From Gemmatimonadota bacterium (GTDB lineage Bacteria > Gemmatimonadota > Gemmatimonadetes > Palauibacterales > Palauibacteraceae), in contig JBHIAV010000016.1 in the NCBI GenBank assembly GCA_046758745.1, positions 1 through 53,234 of the forward strand: a stretch of 53,234 nt of DNA, in the 5' to 3' direction. The translations under genes were made by a program, and so were the position numbers. Under the pieces are notes generated by a model. It was not told the DNA's origin and ran no database searches. It was given only the letters and a program-made list of their open reading frames with translations. Each line of letters opens with the position of its first letter. Positions within the stretch are counted from its first letter, which is position 1. Positions 27,137 through 36,443 of this stretch are shown here, one piece after another.

Positions 27137-27895
27137 CTACCAGCGTGCTATCGGCGGAAGCTCGATGTCGGGCGGCGCGAGCTCGGGAAGCTCGATCCGC
27201 GGTCCGTCGAGCTCTTCCATGAACTCGATGTCGGGCGGCTCCACGATCACCCGGAGGGTCGGGGCCGGAACCACCAGACCTTCGATGATCTCGTTCCACA
27301 TCTCGGCGCAGCCGGTTCCGACAGAGGCATCTCGCTCGAGCACGGGCTGACCCGTCGAGCTGGCCTTCTCGATCAAGGTTTTCGCAGCCCTGCGATCGAG
27401 CTCATCTACCGCGACGATGGCGGCGATACGGTACGTCAGCTCGGCCGTCTCGATGTCGCCGACCGCAAGGGAGGCATCTCCCGCCTTCTCCAGTGCGGCA
27501 CACGCACGGCCGCCTTCCCCATCCTCGTAGAAGAGATTCGCGGCCACGATCAGGTCCCCCACGGAGCCCGGGTCGTCGGTGCCGCGCATCTCGGCCGCGA
27601 AGAGGTGGAGCACGGCCGCGTCGCTCCAGCGGCTCGGATCAGGGTGCAGCCGCACCGCCTCCTGGTGAAGGGTAACGGCGAGCCTCTGGCGGTACGCGTC
27701 CGTCACCAAGTCGCGGATGTCGCCTCTGGTCAGCAGGCTGAGGAAAAGCCCCTCGGACCCGGACTCGCCCGACAGCACGGCCTGCGGCCACATGCCCTCG
27801 GTCGCCTGGGCGAACAGGGGCGCCGGGGTCGCGGCGACGGCCGCACCGAGGACCAGGGCCCCGGCCGGCAACAGGTGCTTGGCAATCCCGAACAT
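27137..27895 (-). CDS. secreted hypothetical protein (helical, TPR-like core)
   Basis: AGGAGG RBS, signal peptide ending LFA-Q, helical middle, Pro/Glu-rich tail. Confidence 0.7.
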   Translation of the reverse strand: MFGIAKHLLPAGALVLGAAVAATPAPLFAQATEGMWPQAVLSGESGSEGLFLSLLTRGDIRDLVTDAYRQRLAVTLHQEAVRLHPDPSRWSDAAVLHLFAAEMRGTDDPGSVGDLIVAANLFYEDGEGGRACAALEKAGDASLAVGDIETAELTYRIAAIVAVDELDRRAAKTLIEKASSTGQPVLERDASVGTGCAEMWNEIIEGLVVPAPTLRVIVEPPDIEFMEELDGPRIELPELAPPDIELPPIARW

Positions 27896-28101
27896 GATCG
27901 ACCTCCTTTGACGTCAGGGGCGGGAATCCGCCCCCCGTTGCCACTCCCGCGATGGTCTTCCCGCTCTCGGGACGCACAGCGCGGTACACGCGCCGGTAAA
28001 GGTCGGATCGGCCCGTCATGCAGGGGTCTCGGGATCGTCACTCGCCGGTGACGGCCAACGTATCGAGCAGAGCGGTAAAGCGTTACGAGAATCAGGAGGC
28101 C

Positions 28102-28137
28102 GACCAGGATCTCCGGGCGGCGGGGTCGATCCTGGTC
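28102..28137. terminator. inverted repeat downstream of the DUF5916 relic
   Basis: GACCAGGATC-N16-GATCCTGGTC, a perfect 10-bp stem. Confidence 0.4.
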
Positions 28138-28212
28138 TCGGGCGGAGGGAGAGGCGGCGGGACGACTCCCCGCCGAAGAGAACGACGGAGAGGCCGGCGC
28201 ACCGAAGGTACG

Positions 28213-29092
28213 TCAGATCGGGAGCCAGTACGAGATCTTCGCCACGAAGAAGCTCTGGCCGGGGACGCTTACCGCATCCGTCAGATCGGAGAGCCCCGCG
28301 CGGCCCGGAGCGTCCCCATCGACGGCCCGCCCCGCGTCAGGTTGTCGCTCTGGGCGCGCGAGGAGAGTCCGAGCCCGGCGAAGGTCCCCCAGAAGTTCTT
28401 GAACGTGAGGTTCGACTGGAGGTCGAGCGAGCTGCCCTGGCGCTCCCAGCCGAAATTCCACGCGCTCCCGAAGACACCGCTCAGCGCCCACCGGTGGAAG
28501 AGCTTGCCGGGGGTGTTCTCGCGGTAGGTGAGCCCCGCGCCTGCCTCGATGTTGTCGGCCGCGCGCAGCCGGCCGAGGTCGTTGAGCTCGAACCCCGGCG
28601 ACTCGGCGCTCAGGCCGGCGCCCCACAGCCAGTGATCGCCCCCTGTCTTGTCGAAACCGATGCGAGCCGTGTAGCCGGAGAGCGAGGTCCTCGTCGGATC
28701 GAAGGTGACGTGATCCGCGTCCGGTCGCTGGACGATAGCTGTCGATCGATACGATGAGGCGCTCGGAGTTGCCGTCGTTGTCGCGCCGGGTCATCACGGC
28801 GCGAATGGACGCAGGATCCTTCCGGTACATCCGGGCGCCCACGTACAGGGCGTGAGTCCCGTACACGAACGCGACCTCGGTGCGCTCGGTCGGCGGGGCT
28901 CCCTCGTCGGGCTCCTTCTGCACGAAGTCCGAGGTGAACTCGGCGCGCCGCCAGAGCTCTTCCTTGAGGGCCCCGTCGACGTCCACGCCCTCCCCGGGCT
29001 GGAGGGGCGTCGCGCGCAGGGATTTGCTCCGACAGCTCGTCGAGTACGGCGGCTCTGGCTACACCGTGGGCGATCGTCTGATCCGGCGACAC
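28213..29092 (-). pseudogene. internally deleted relic of a CBM9-like/DUF5916 outer-membrane protein
   Basis: N-terminal piece (VDGAL..W..A...DFVQKEPDEG...TEV..VY...LYVG...RRD...IDSY), an out-of-frame middle piece (QRPDA...DPTRTSLSG...SPGFELNDLG...LTRGGP) and the C-terminus (FFVAKISYWLPI). Confidence 0.75.
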
Positions 29093-29206
29093 CCGGCGAC
29101 TCTCTGGAGGGACGCGGCCCGGCCGGGACGCGCTGCAGGACGGGTCGGAGCGCAGGGCTCGCCGGGAGCATGCGGGTCACCTAGATCTGCGAAAAGAGGA
29201 GGTGCC

Positions 29207-30274
29207 GTGGAGCTGCTGAACGTCTACGACTACGAGGCGGCGGCGCGCGCGAAGCTGCCCCAGATGGTGTACGACTACTACGCGAGCGGCGCGCACGACG
29301 AGATCACCTTGCGCGAGAACCACGCGGCGTACGACCGGATCCGCCTGAGCTACCGGGTCCTGCGCGACGTCGCGCGGCGAGATCTCGGTACGGTCGTCCT
29401 CGGTCAGCTGGTGTCGATGCCGATCCTCGTGGCGCCGACGGCCTTCCACCGCATGGCCCATCCGGAGGGCGAGGTGGCGACGGCGCGCGCCGCCGGGTCC
29501 GCCGGGACCGTCATGATCCTGAGCACGCTCTCCAACTCCTCCATCGAGGAGGTGGCGGCGGCGGCGCGCGGGCCGGTGTGGTTCCAGCTCTACATCTACC
29601 GGGACCGCGAGGCCACCCGCGCGCTGGTGGGCCGCGCGGAAGAGGCAGGGTGCACGGCCATCGTGCTCACCGTGGACGCGCCGCTGTGGGGCCGCCGGGA
29701 GCGAGACGTGCGGAACCGCTTCCAGCTCCCCCCGGGGCTCTCCATCCGGAACCTGCCCCCCGGGATGGACGCCTTTCCCAAGGACGCGCCCGGGTCTGGT
29801 CTCGCGGCCTACGTCGCCTCGCAGTTCGACCTCTCGCTCACCTGGCGCGATGTGGAGTGGCTGTGCGGAATTACCCGGCTGCCGGTGCTGGTCAAGGGAG
29901 TGGTGAGCCCGGAGGACGCGCGGCTCGCCGTGGAGAGCGGCGCGGTCGGCCTGGTGGTGTCGAACCACGGCGGGCGGCAGCTCGACACGGCGCCGGCCAC
30001 CATCGAGGCCCTGCCCGGTATCGTCGAGGCGGCGGAGGGCCGGCTCGAGGTGCTCCTGGACGGCGGGATCCGGCGCGGCACGGACGTGGTGAAGGCGCTC
30101 GCTTTCGGAGCCCGGGCGGTGGCCGTGGGTCGCCCGGTCCTGTGGGGCCTCGCGGTAGACGGAGAGGTCGGGGTACGCCGCATCCTGGGAATTCTGCGCG
30201 AGGAACTCGACCTCGCCCTCGGACTGTGCGGATGCTCCTCTGTGGATCAGGTCGGCCCGGAGCTGATCGCCTGA
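29207..30274 (+). CDS. FMN-dependent alpha-hydroxy-acid oxidase (LldD/glycolate oxidase/Hmo family)
   Basis: YDYYASGA, APTA, WFQLY, LTVDAP, SNHGGRQLD, DGGIRRGTD; GTG after AGGAGG. Confidence 0.94.
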   Translation: MELLNVYDYEAAARAKLPQMVYDYYASGAHDEITLRENHAAYDRIRLSYRVLRDVARRDLGTVVLGQLVSMPILVAPTAFHRMAHPEGEVATARAAGSAGTVMILSTLSNSSIEEVAAAARGPVWFQLYIYRDREATRALVGRAEEAGCTAIVLTVDAPLWGRRERDVRNRFQLPPGLSIRNLPPGMDAFPKDAPGSGLAAYVASQFDLSLTWRDVEWLCGITRLPVLVKGVVSPEDARLAVESGAVGLVVSNHGGRQLDTAPATIEALPGIVEAAEGRLEVLLDGGIRRGTDVVKALAFGARAVAVGRPVLWGLAVDGEVGVRRILGILREELDLALGLCGCSSVDQVGPELIA

Positions 30275-30425
30275 GGCCCGCGCGAGTCCTGCGGTGCACC
30301 GCAGGATCCCGGAGGGCCACCGCCGCGTTACGGGTGTAGCGAAGTTGACGGGGTTTGGCCGGCGGACCACTCTGAGGGGCGACGGACCGGAGAAGCCCCT
30401 TCGCTCTGGCAAATGGCTGCTGAAT

Positions 30426-30471
30426 CTGGATAGATCTGTGCTCAAGAACTGGATAGATCTGTGCGCAAGAA
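30426..30471 (+). repeat. 23-bp tandem direct repeat x2
   Basis: CTGGATAGATCTGTGC(T/G)CAAGAA at 30426-30448 and 30449-30471, abutting the dsbD ATG. Confidence 0.9.
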
Positions 30472-30472
30472 G

Positions 30473-32434
30473 ATGACGCGTACCCGCGCACGCGGGGGCC
30501 GGGTGGCGCTCGCCGCGCTGGCGTTCCTCTCCGGCGGACTTCCTCTCGCCCGCTCTCCGGCGGCGGCTCAGCCCGTGTGGGAAGGGGAGCCGGCCGTCAC
30601 CGTCCGCGCCGTGGCCGCCCGGCGGGTGGTCAGGCCCGGCGATCAGATCGCGATCGCCGTGGTCATCGAGCACGCAGAGGGCTTTCACACGTGGCCGAAC
30701 GAGCCGGTGGTGCCCGAGGAGTTCGGGGAAGGCTTCGTTCCGATCGCCACCACAATCGAGGTGCTGGCCCTCCCCGCGGGCGCCGAGACGCGACGCATCC
30801 AGTGGCCGGAGCCCGTCGCCGTGCCCGTCAACTACACCGGCGTCGACGTCGACCTGCTCTCCTACGCCGGCACCGCGGTGGCCTACCTGCCGCTGATCCT
30901 CTCCGCCGATCAGCCGCTCGGGGAGACCTTCGTCGAGCTGGCCGTCGGTTATCAGACCTGCAACGAGACGACCTGCTTCTTCCCGGAGGAGACGACCCTG
31001 CGTGTCCCGCTGGAGGTGGTGGCAGCCGGGACAGAGGTGGCGGTGGACGTCGACGAGCCGGATCTGTTCGCCGGCTTCGACCTCGGGGGGTTCAGCGAGC
31101 CGACGGAGGGGCCGGGGGCCCGAGCGACCGCTGCGACCATGGCCCTTCGGCCGGTCTCGATCAACGCCTTCGGCTGGCGGTTCAGCTTCGATCCGCGCGG
31201 CGCCGGGGGGATCGTGCTGCTCCTCCTGGTGGCGGCCATCGGCGGTCTCGTCCTCAACCTCACGCCGTGCGTGCTCCCCGTGATCCCGATCAAAGTCATG
31301 GGGCTGAGCCGGGCCGCGGGCGAGCCATCCCGACTCCTGCTGCTGGGCGCGGCGATGTCGGCCGGCGTGGTAGCGTTCTGGGTCGTGCTCGGCGGAGCCA
31401 TCGCGTTCGTGGCCGGATTCGACGCGATCAGCAGCCTATTCCAGATGGGTTGGTTCTCGCCTGCCGTCGGCGCGGTCGTCGGGGTCATGGCGCTCGGGAT
31501 GCTCGGTGCCTTCCGCTTCCGGCTTCCGCAGGCGGTCTACCGGATCGACCCGAATCACGAGACCGTAACCGGCTCCTTCGCCTTCGGTGTGATGGCGGCG
31601 GTGCTCTCCACGCCCTGCACCGCACCGTTCATGGCCGGCGCCTCGGCGTGGGCGGCGGCCCAGCCATCCGGCACCACACTGGCCACCTTCGCGGCGATCG
31701 GTGCGGGAATGGCCATGCCCTACCTCCTGCTCGCGGCGCGGCCGGGCTGGGTGGCTCGGGTCCCGCGAACCGGGCCGTGGAGCGAGCTGGTGAAGCAGGT
31801 GATCGGTCTGCTCATGCTGGCGGTGGCGGCGTTCTTCATCGGGACGGCCGTGTCAGCCTGGCTCGCGCGGCCGCCGGAGCCAGCCAGCCGGGCGTACTGG
31901 TGGGTTGTGACCGCCCTCGTGGTGGCGGCGTGCGGGTGGGCGATTCTCCGGACCTTCGCCCTCACCCGGTCGGTGGGCCGGCGCGCGTTGGTCGGCGCGA
32001 TCGCGGGGGGCTTCGCCGCGGTGAGCCTCCTCCTGGCCCGCGGCCTGAGCGGTCACGGCCTGACGGACTGGACCTACTACACACCCGACCGCTTCGCTCA
32101 GGCAGTCGCCGCCTCCCGGGTGATCGTCCTCGACTTCACCGCGGAGTGGTGCCTGAACTGCAAGGCCCTCGAGGCAGCGGTGCTCGAGCGGGAGGCGATC
32201 GTGGAACTTCTGGCGAGCCCCGGCGTGGTGCCGATGCGAGTGGACCTCACCGGGAACAACCCGGACGGCCGGGCCAAGCTGCGGGAGCTCGAGTGGGTGG
32301 GGATCCCCCTGCTCGCGGTTTACGGTCCCGGCACCGGCTACGACCGACCACAGAAGTTCGACTCCTACACGGCAGGCATGGTCCGCGAGGCCGTCGAGCG
32401 GGCGCGCACCCCGACCTCGACGGCCGGCGGCTGA
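30473..32434 (+). CDS. dsbD: thiol:disulfide interchange protein, DsbD/ScsB family
   Basis: Signal peptide, N-domain CNETTC, TM motifs LTPCVLP and STPCTAP, C-terminal thioredoxin DFTAEWCLNCK. Confidence 0.88.
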   Translation: MTRTRARGGRVALAALAFLSGGLPLARSPAAAQPVWEGEPAVTVRAVAARRVVRPGDQIAIAVVIEHAEGFHTWPNEPVVPEEFGEGFVPIATTIEVLALPAGAETRRIQWPEPVAVPVNYTGVDVDLLSYAGTAVAYLPLILSADQPLGETFVELAVGYQTCNETTCFFPEETTLRVPLEVVAAGTEVAVDVDEPDLFAGFDLGGFSEPTEGPGARATAATMALRPVSINAFGWRFSFDPRGAGGIVLLLLVAAIGGLVLNLTPCVLPVIPIKVMGLSRAAGEPSRLLLLGAAMSAGVVAFWVVLGGAIAFVAGFDAISSLFQMGWFSPAVGAVVGVMALGMLGAFRFRLPQAVYRIDPNHETVTGSFAFGVMAAVLSTPCTAPFMAGASAWAAAQPSGTTLATFAAIGAGMAMPYLLLAARPGWVARVPRTGPWSELVKQVIGLLMLAVAAFFIGTAVSAWLARPPEPASRAYWWVVTALVVAACGWAILRTFALTRSVGRRALVGAIAGGFAAVSLLLARGLSGHGLTDWTYYTPDRFAQAVAASRVIVLDFTAEWCLNCKALEAAVLEREAIVELLASPGVVPMRVDLTGNNPDGRAKLRELEWVGIPLLAVYGPGTGYDRPQKFDSYTAGMVREAVERARTPTSTAGG

Positions 32435-32537
32435 GCGCCGCGGAGTCGAGCCCGCCAGCGACGGCTGAGTGCCCGAGCCCGCCCCGACGGCCGAGCGCGG
32501 GGAGCCGGACCCGGTCGCGACGGCCGAGCGCGGGGAG
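32426..32537. repeat. degenerate intergenic direct repeats
   Basis: CGACGGCCGAGCGCGGGGAG exact at 32485-32504 and 32518-32537; degenerate copies near 32426 and 32459. Confidence 0.7.
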
Positions 32538-32590
32538 GCAAGCCCCCCTCGGCGACTCTCGGTCCGCGCCAGCCGCTTGCCACCGCCCGG

Positions 32591-33190
32591 TCAGCTGCAG
32601 AAGGGGGCCAGCGCCGCGTCCACCTCCTCCATCCGCTCCTCATCGAGCCACGCCACCGGAATCTCCACCAGCAGCTCGAACGACCCGTCGTCCCACCGGC
32701 GAACCACGCGGAAGGCGTTTCGGTGGAGAAGGAAGTTGCCCACCCCGATGTTCGGGTCGCGGCACACGCCGCTCAGCCGCCCGGCGAGGCGGCGGCGCAG
32801 CTCGCGGTCCCCCTCGGTGGTCACCTCGATCGTCATCTGCTCGAGCTTGCCGAGCAACGTGTCGGACCCGGCCGTGCTCACCTCGAACAACCCCTCCCCG
32901 CTCCGCTCCGCCTTGCGTGCGGCCCCGTACAGGTTGAGCCACAGGTCCAAGCGTTCGGTGTGCCGGAGCACGGCATAGAAGCGTCGCCCGCCTCGTTCTC
33001 CGGAGATGAGATCCCACAACAGGGCGAGAAGCGCGATCTGGCTCATCACGACGTCCTTGAGCCCGTCGAGGAAGAGCTTGACCTCGAAGATGATGAAGTC
33101 GCGGACCAGCGCGGCCCGTGTCCCGTGTCGGATGGCCTCGGAGAAGCCGTGCTCGCGGCGCGGGAGTTGTTCGTTCGGTTCCGCCGGCAT
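32591..33190 (-). CDS. hypothetical protein
   Basis: RDFIIFEVKLFLDGLKD...FYAVLR...DLWLNLYG helical domain plus a C-terminal extension; ATG after GGGGG. Confidence 0.75.
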   Translation of the reverse strand: MPAEPNEQLPRREHGFSEAIRHGTRAALVRDFIIFEVKLFLDGLKDVVMSQIALLALLWDLISGERGGRRFYAVLRHTERLDLWLNLYGAARKAERSGEGLFEVSTAGSDTLLGKLEQMTIEVTTEGDRELRRRLAGRLSGVCRDPNIGVGNFLLHRNAFRVVRRWDDGSFELLVEIPVAWLDEERMEEVDAALAPFCS

Positions 33191-33231
33191 GGTCCCCCGT
33201 AAAGCGAAAGTGTGGAGGGCGTGCACGCCCT

Positions 33232-33296
33232 TTCGGCCCAGGAACCGATCGCTTCGGCCCAGGAACCCGATCGCTTCGGCCCAGGAGCCCGACCGC
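33232..33296. repeat. 21-22 bp tandem repeat x3
   Basis: TTCGGCCCAGGAACCGATCGC / TTCGGCCCAGGAACCCGATCGC / TTCGGCCCAGGAGCCCGACCGC. Confidence 0.9.
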
Positions 33297-33602
33297 CGCC
33301 GCGGCGGGCGTGGCCTGTACCCGCCCTATAATACGAGCGGGACGGGTGGAGGATAAGACCCGAAAACCACGGGAGCTCCGGGCCGGGAGCGCCCGTCGGA
33401 ACGGGCGGCACTCGCCCTTCCAGCGGGTTTCCGAGACCCTTTTCCGGCGGCCGCCCGGCGGGCTATGATGCGCCGGGCCTGACGGCTCTGCCCGTGGACG
33501 GCCGGCCACCGGCGGACTGTCGCGTCCGCGCCGTTACGTCGCGGCATCCGCCGGTCCGTGTGCAACCTTCACAGTGCCAACTCAACCCGCGAGAGAAGCC
33601 TC

Positions 33603-34136
33603 ATGTCGACACTCGGAGACGCCTTCAGCCTCAAGGTTTGGATCAACGAGCACCGCGACATCCTCAAGCCTCCGGTGGGGAACGACGTGGTGTGGAAGGA
33701 CAGCGACATGATGGTGATGATCATCGGCGGTCCCAACCACCGAAACGATTATCACATCAATCCCACCGAGGAGTTCTTCTATCAGCTCGAGGGGGACATG
33801 ATCCTCAAGATCATCGAGGAGGACGGCACCAGGCGCGACGTCCCGATAGGCGAGGGCGAGATCTTCCTCGTGCCGCCGAGGGTCCCCCACCGGCCAACCC
33901 GGAAGGCCCACACGGTGGGCCTGGTCGTGGAGTACGCACGCCCGAAGGGCGAGAACGACCACTTCGTGTGGTACTGCGACAATTGCGGCGAGCTCCTGCA
34001 CGATGCGGAGTTCTACCTCACCGACCTCGCGACACAGATCAAGCCGGAGTTCGAGAAGTTCTACGCGAGCGAGGAGCTTCGCACGTGCAAGAAGTGCGGC
34101 ACCGTCAAGGACGTGCCGGGCGCACCCGAGTTCTGA
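33603..34136 (+). CDS. nbaC: 3-hydroxyanthranilate 3,4-dioxygenase
   Basis: LKPPVGN, GGPNHRNDYH, EEFFYQ, VPHRP and rubredoxin-like CDNC/CKKC. Confidence 0.95.
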   Translation: MSTLGDAFSLKVWINEHRDILKPPVGNDVVWKDSDMMVMIIGGPNHRNDYHINPTEEFFYQLEGDMILKIIEEDGTRRDVPIGEGEIFLVPPRVPHRPTRKAHTVGLVVEYARPKGENDHFVWYCDNCGELLHDAEFYLTDLATQIKPEFEKFYASEELRTCKKCGTVKDVPGAPEF

Positions 34137-34144
34137 GGTAAACG

Positions 34145-35161
34145 ATCCTCAAGATCGATCTACACACCCACATCCTGCCGGAGCGGTGGCCGGACCTGAA
34201 CGACCGCTACGGGTACGGCGACTTCATCCGGCTCGAGCACCGTGGACCTGACCTCGCCTGCATGATGCAGGGCGACCGGGAGTTCCGGCGGGTCGGAGCG
34301 AACCTGTGGGATCACTCGCGGCGTGTGGAGGAGTGCGACCGGACCGGCGTGAGCGTGCAGGTGCTGTCCACCGTGCCGGTGATGTTCAGCTACTGGGCGA
34401 AGCCGGAGGACACCCTGGACCTCTCCCGCCTGCTGAACGACCACATCGCCGGAGTGGTGCGCGAGCGCCCGGCCCGCTTCGTGGGGCTCGGGACGCTGCC
34501 GATGCAGGCGCCGGATCTCGCGATCGGCGAGCTCGAGCGCTGCATGCGGGAGCTCGGGCTGGCAGGGGTGCAGATCGGCACCCACGTGAATGGACGGAAC
34601 CTGGACAGCCGGGAGGTCTTCGTCGTGCTCGAGGCCGCCGCCGAGCTGGACGCGGCGGTGTTCGTGCATCCGTGGGACATGTTGGGGGGCGAACGACTGG
34701 AGAAGTACTGGATGCGCTGGCTCGTCGGGATGCCTACCGAGACGGCCGTCGCGATCTGCTCGATCCTGCTCGGCGGCGTCCTGGAGCGCCTCCCCCGCCT
34801 GCGCCTGGCTTTCGCCCACGGCGGCGGCGCCTTCCCCGGCGCCATCGGCCGAATCGATCGCGGCTACGAGGCGCGGCCCGATCTATGCGCTACCGACAGC
34901 CGGACCGCTCCGCGCGCCACTCTGGGGAAGTTCTACCTCGACTCCCTCGTGCACGATGCCGATGTGCTCCGCCTCCTGCTGAAGCTGGTCGGGGAGGAGC
35001 GGGTAGCGCTCGGCTCGGATTACCCCTTCCCGCTCGGCGAGCCCCTCCCGGGAGCGCTCATCGAGTCCATGGACGAGCTCTCCCCGACCACCCGCGAGCG
35101 CCTGCTGGCGGGCACGGCCCTCGAGTTCCTGGGACTCGACAGCGCCGCGTTTCCGCGGTGA
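34145..35161 (+). CDS. nbaD: 2-amino-3-carboxymuconate-6-semialdehyde decarboxylase (ACMSD)
   Basis: KIDLHTHILP, VLSTVPVMFSYW, FVHPWDM, AHGGG, GSDYPFPLGE. No ATG/GTG/TTG precedes the HxH motif, so an ATC start at 34145 is inferred. Confidence 0.9.
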   Translation: MLKIDLHTHILPERWPDLNDRYGYGDFIRLEHRGPDLACMMQGDREFRRVGANLWDHSRRVEECDRTGVSVQVLSTVPVMFSYWAKPEDTLDLSRLLNDHIAGVVRERPARFVGLGTLPMQAPDLAIGELERCMRELGLAGVQIGTHVNGRNLDSREVFVVLEAAAELDAAVFVHPWDMLGGERLEKYWMRWLVGMPTETAVAICSILLGGVLERLPRLRLAFAHGGGAFPGAIGRIDRGYEARPDLCATDSRTAPRATLGKFYLDSLVHDADVLRLLLKLVGEERVALGSDYPFPLGEPLPGALIESMDELSPTTRERLLAGTALEFLGLDSAAFPR

Positions 35162-36441
35162 GCGCTCGTCCGCCGGCGACCTCTTACCGTCCGGACGAGG
35201 GGCGCGCCCTCGAGCTCGACGAGGCCGACCCGCTCCGCGGCTACCGCGAGCGATTCCACATTCCGCGGCTCCCCGACGGATCGCCCGCGATCTATCTGTG
35301 TGGGAACTCGCTCGGCCTCCAGCCACGGGGCGTGCGGGAGGCTGTCGATCAGGAGCTCGCCGACTGGGCCGATCTCGGCGTGCGCGGCCACTTCGAGGGC
35401 GAGAGGCCGTGGTACGCATACCACGAGGGGTTCCGGGAGGCGGGAGCGCGCCTGGTAGGAGCGCGGCCCGGTGAGGTGGTGATGATGAACAGCCTCACCG
35501 TGAACCTCCACCTCATGATGGTGAGCTTCTACCGGCCGACCGCGGAGCGCTTCAGGATCCTCATCGACTGGCCACCCTTCCCCTCCGACCTGTACGCGGT
35601 GAAGACGCAGATCCGGCACCACGGCCTCGATCCCGAGCTGGCCCTTCTCCCCGTCGAGCCGCGCCCCGGCGAGCACACGATTCGCATGGAGGACATCGAG
35701 ACGGTCATCGAGAAGCGGGGCGAGGAGATCGCCCTAGTGCTGATGAACGGTGTGAACTTTCTCACCGGCCAGGCGTTCGACATGGCCGCGATCACGGCGG
35801 CAGCGAGAGCGCGGGGATGCACCGTCGGCTTCGACCTGGCGCACGCCGCGGGCAATCTGGTGCTCGAGCTCCACGAGTGGGGCGTCGACTTCGCCGTGTG
35901 GTGCAGCTACAAGTACCTGAACGCGGGACCCGGCGCGGTGGCAGGGTGCTTCGTGCACGAGCGTCACGGACGCGACACCGCGCTGCAGCGCTTCGGCGGA
36001 TGGTGGGGGAACGACCCCGAGACGCGCTTCCGCATGCGCCTCGAGCCGGAGTTCACCCCGCAGCCCGGGGCGGCGGGATGGCAGCTCAGCAACCCCCCGA
36101 TCCTCGCCATGGCGCCTCTCCACGCGTCCCTCTCGATCTTCGATGAGGTCGGCATGCCGGCGCTGCGTGAGAAGTCGGTTCGGCTCAGCGGTTATCTGGA
36201 GCACCTCATCGACCGCCTGGCGGGGGATCGGTGCGAGATCATCACCCCTCGCGATCCGCTGGCGCGTGGGTGCCAGCTTTCCATCCTCGTTCACCAGGGC
36301 GCGAGGGAGGCGCAGAGAGCCCTCGAGGAGCGTGGGGTGGTTTGCGACTTCCGGGAGCCCAACGTGCTCCGCGTGGCGCCCGTCCCGCTGTACAACACCT
36401 TTCATGAGATGTGGCGCTTCGCGCACATCCTTCGGGAGTAG
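35158..36441 (+). CDS. kynU: kynureninase
   Basis: YLCGNSLGLQP, MNSLTVNLH, FPSD, DLAHAAGN, WCSYKYLNAGPG, LSNPP; GTGA overlap with ACMSD. Confidence 0.96.
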   Translation: MSARPPATSYRPDEGRALELDEADPLRGYRERFHIPRLPDGSPAIYLCGNSLGLQPRGVREAVDQELADWADLGVRGHFEGERPWYAYHEGFREAGARLVGARPGEVVMMNSLTVNLHLMMVSFYRPTAERFRILIDWPPFPSDLYAVKTQIRHHGLDPELALLPVEPRPGEHTIRMEDIETVIEKRGEEIALVLMNGVNFLTGQAFDMAAITAAARARGCTVGFDLAHAAGNLVLELHEWGVDFAVWCSYKYLNAGPGAVAGCFVHERHGRDTALQRFGGWWGNDPETRFRMRLEPEFTPQPGAAGWQLSNPPILAMAPLHASLSIFDEVGMPALREKSVRLSGYLEHLIDRLAGDRCEIITPRDPLARGCQLSILVHQGAREAQRALEERGVVCDFREPNVLRVAPVPLYNTFHEMWRFAHILRE

Positions 36442-36443
36442 TC

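Noticed and set aside
30577-32937. 786-aa Arg/Gly/Pro-rich ORF
   Set aside because: Alternate-frame read of dsbD; composition typical of off-frame GC-rich DNA.
32426-33296. CRISPR interpretation of the repeat clusters
   Set aside because: Only 2-4 copies, spacers absent or about 13 bp, and no cas genes.
34306-35157. Apparent 711-aa kynureninase fusion
   Set aside because: The extension is an off-frame read of ACMSD; KynU starts at the GTGA overlap at 35158.
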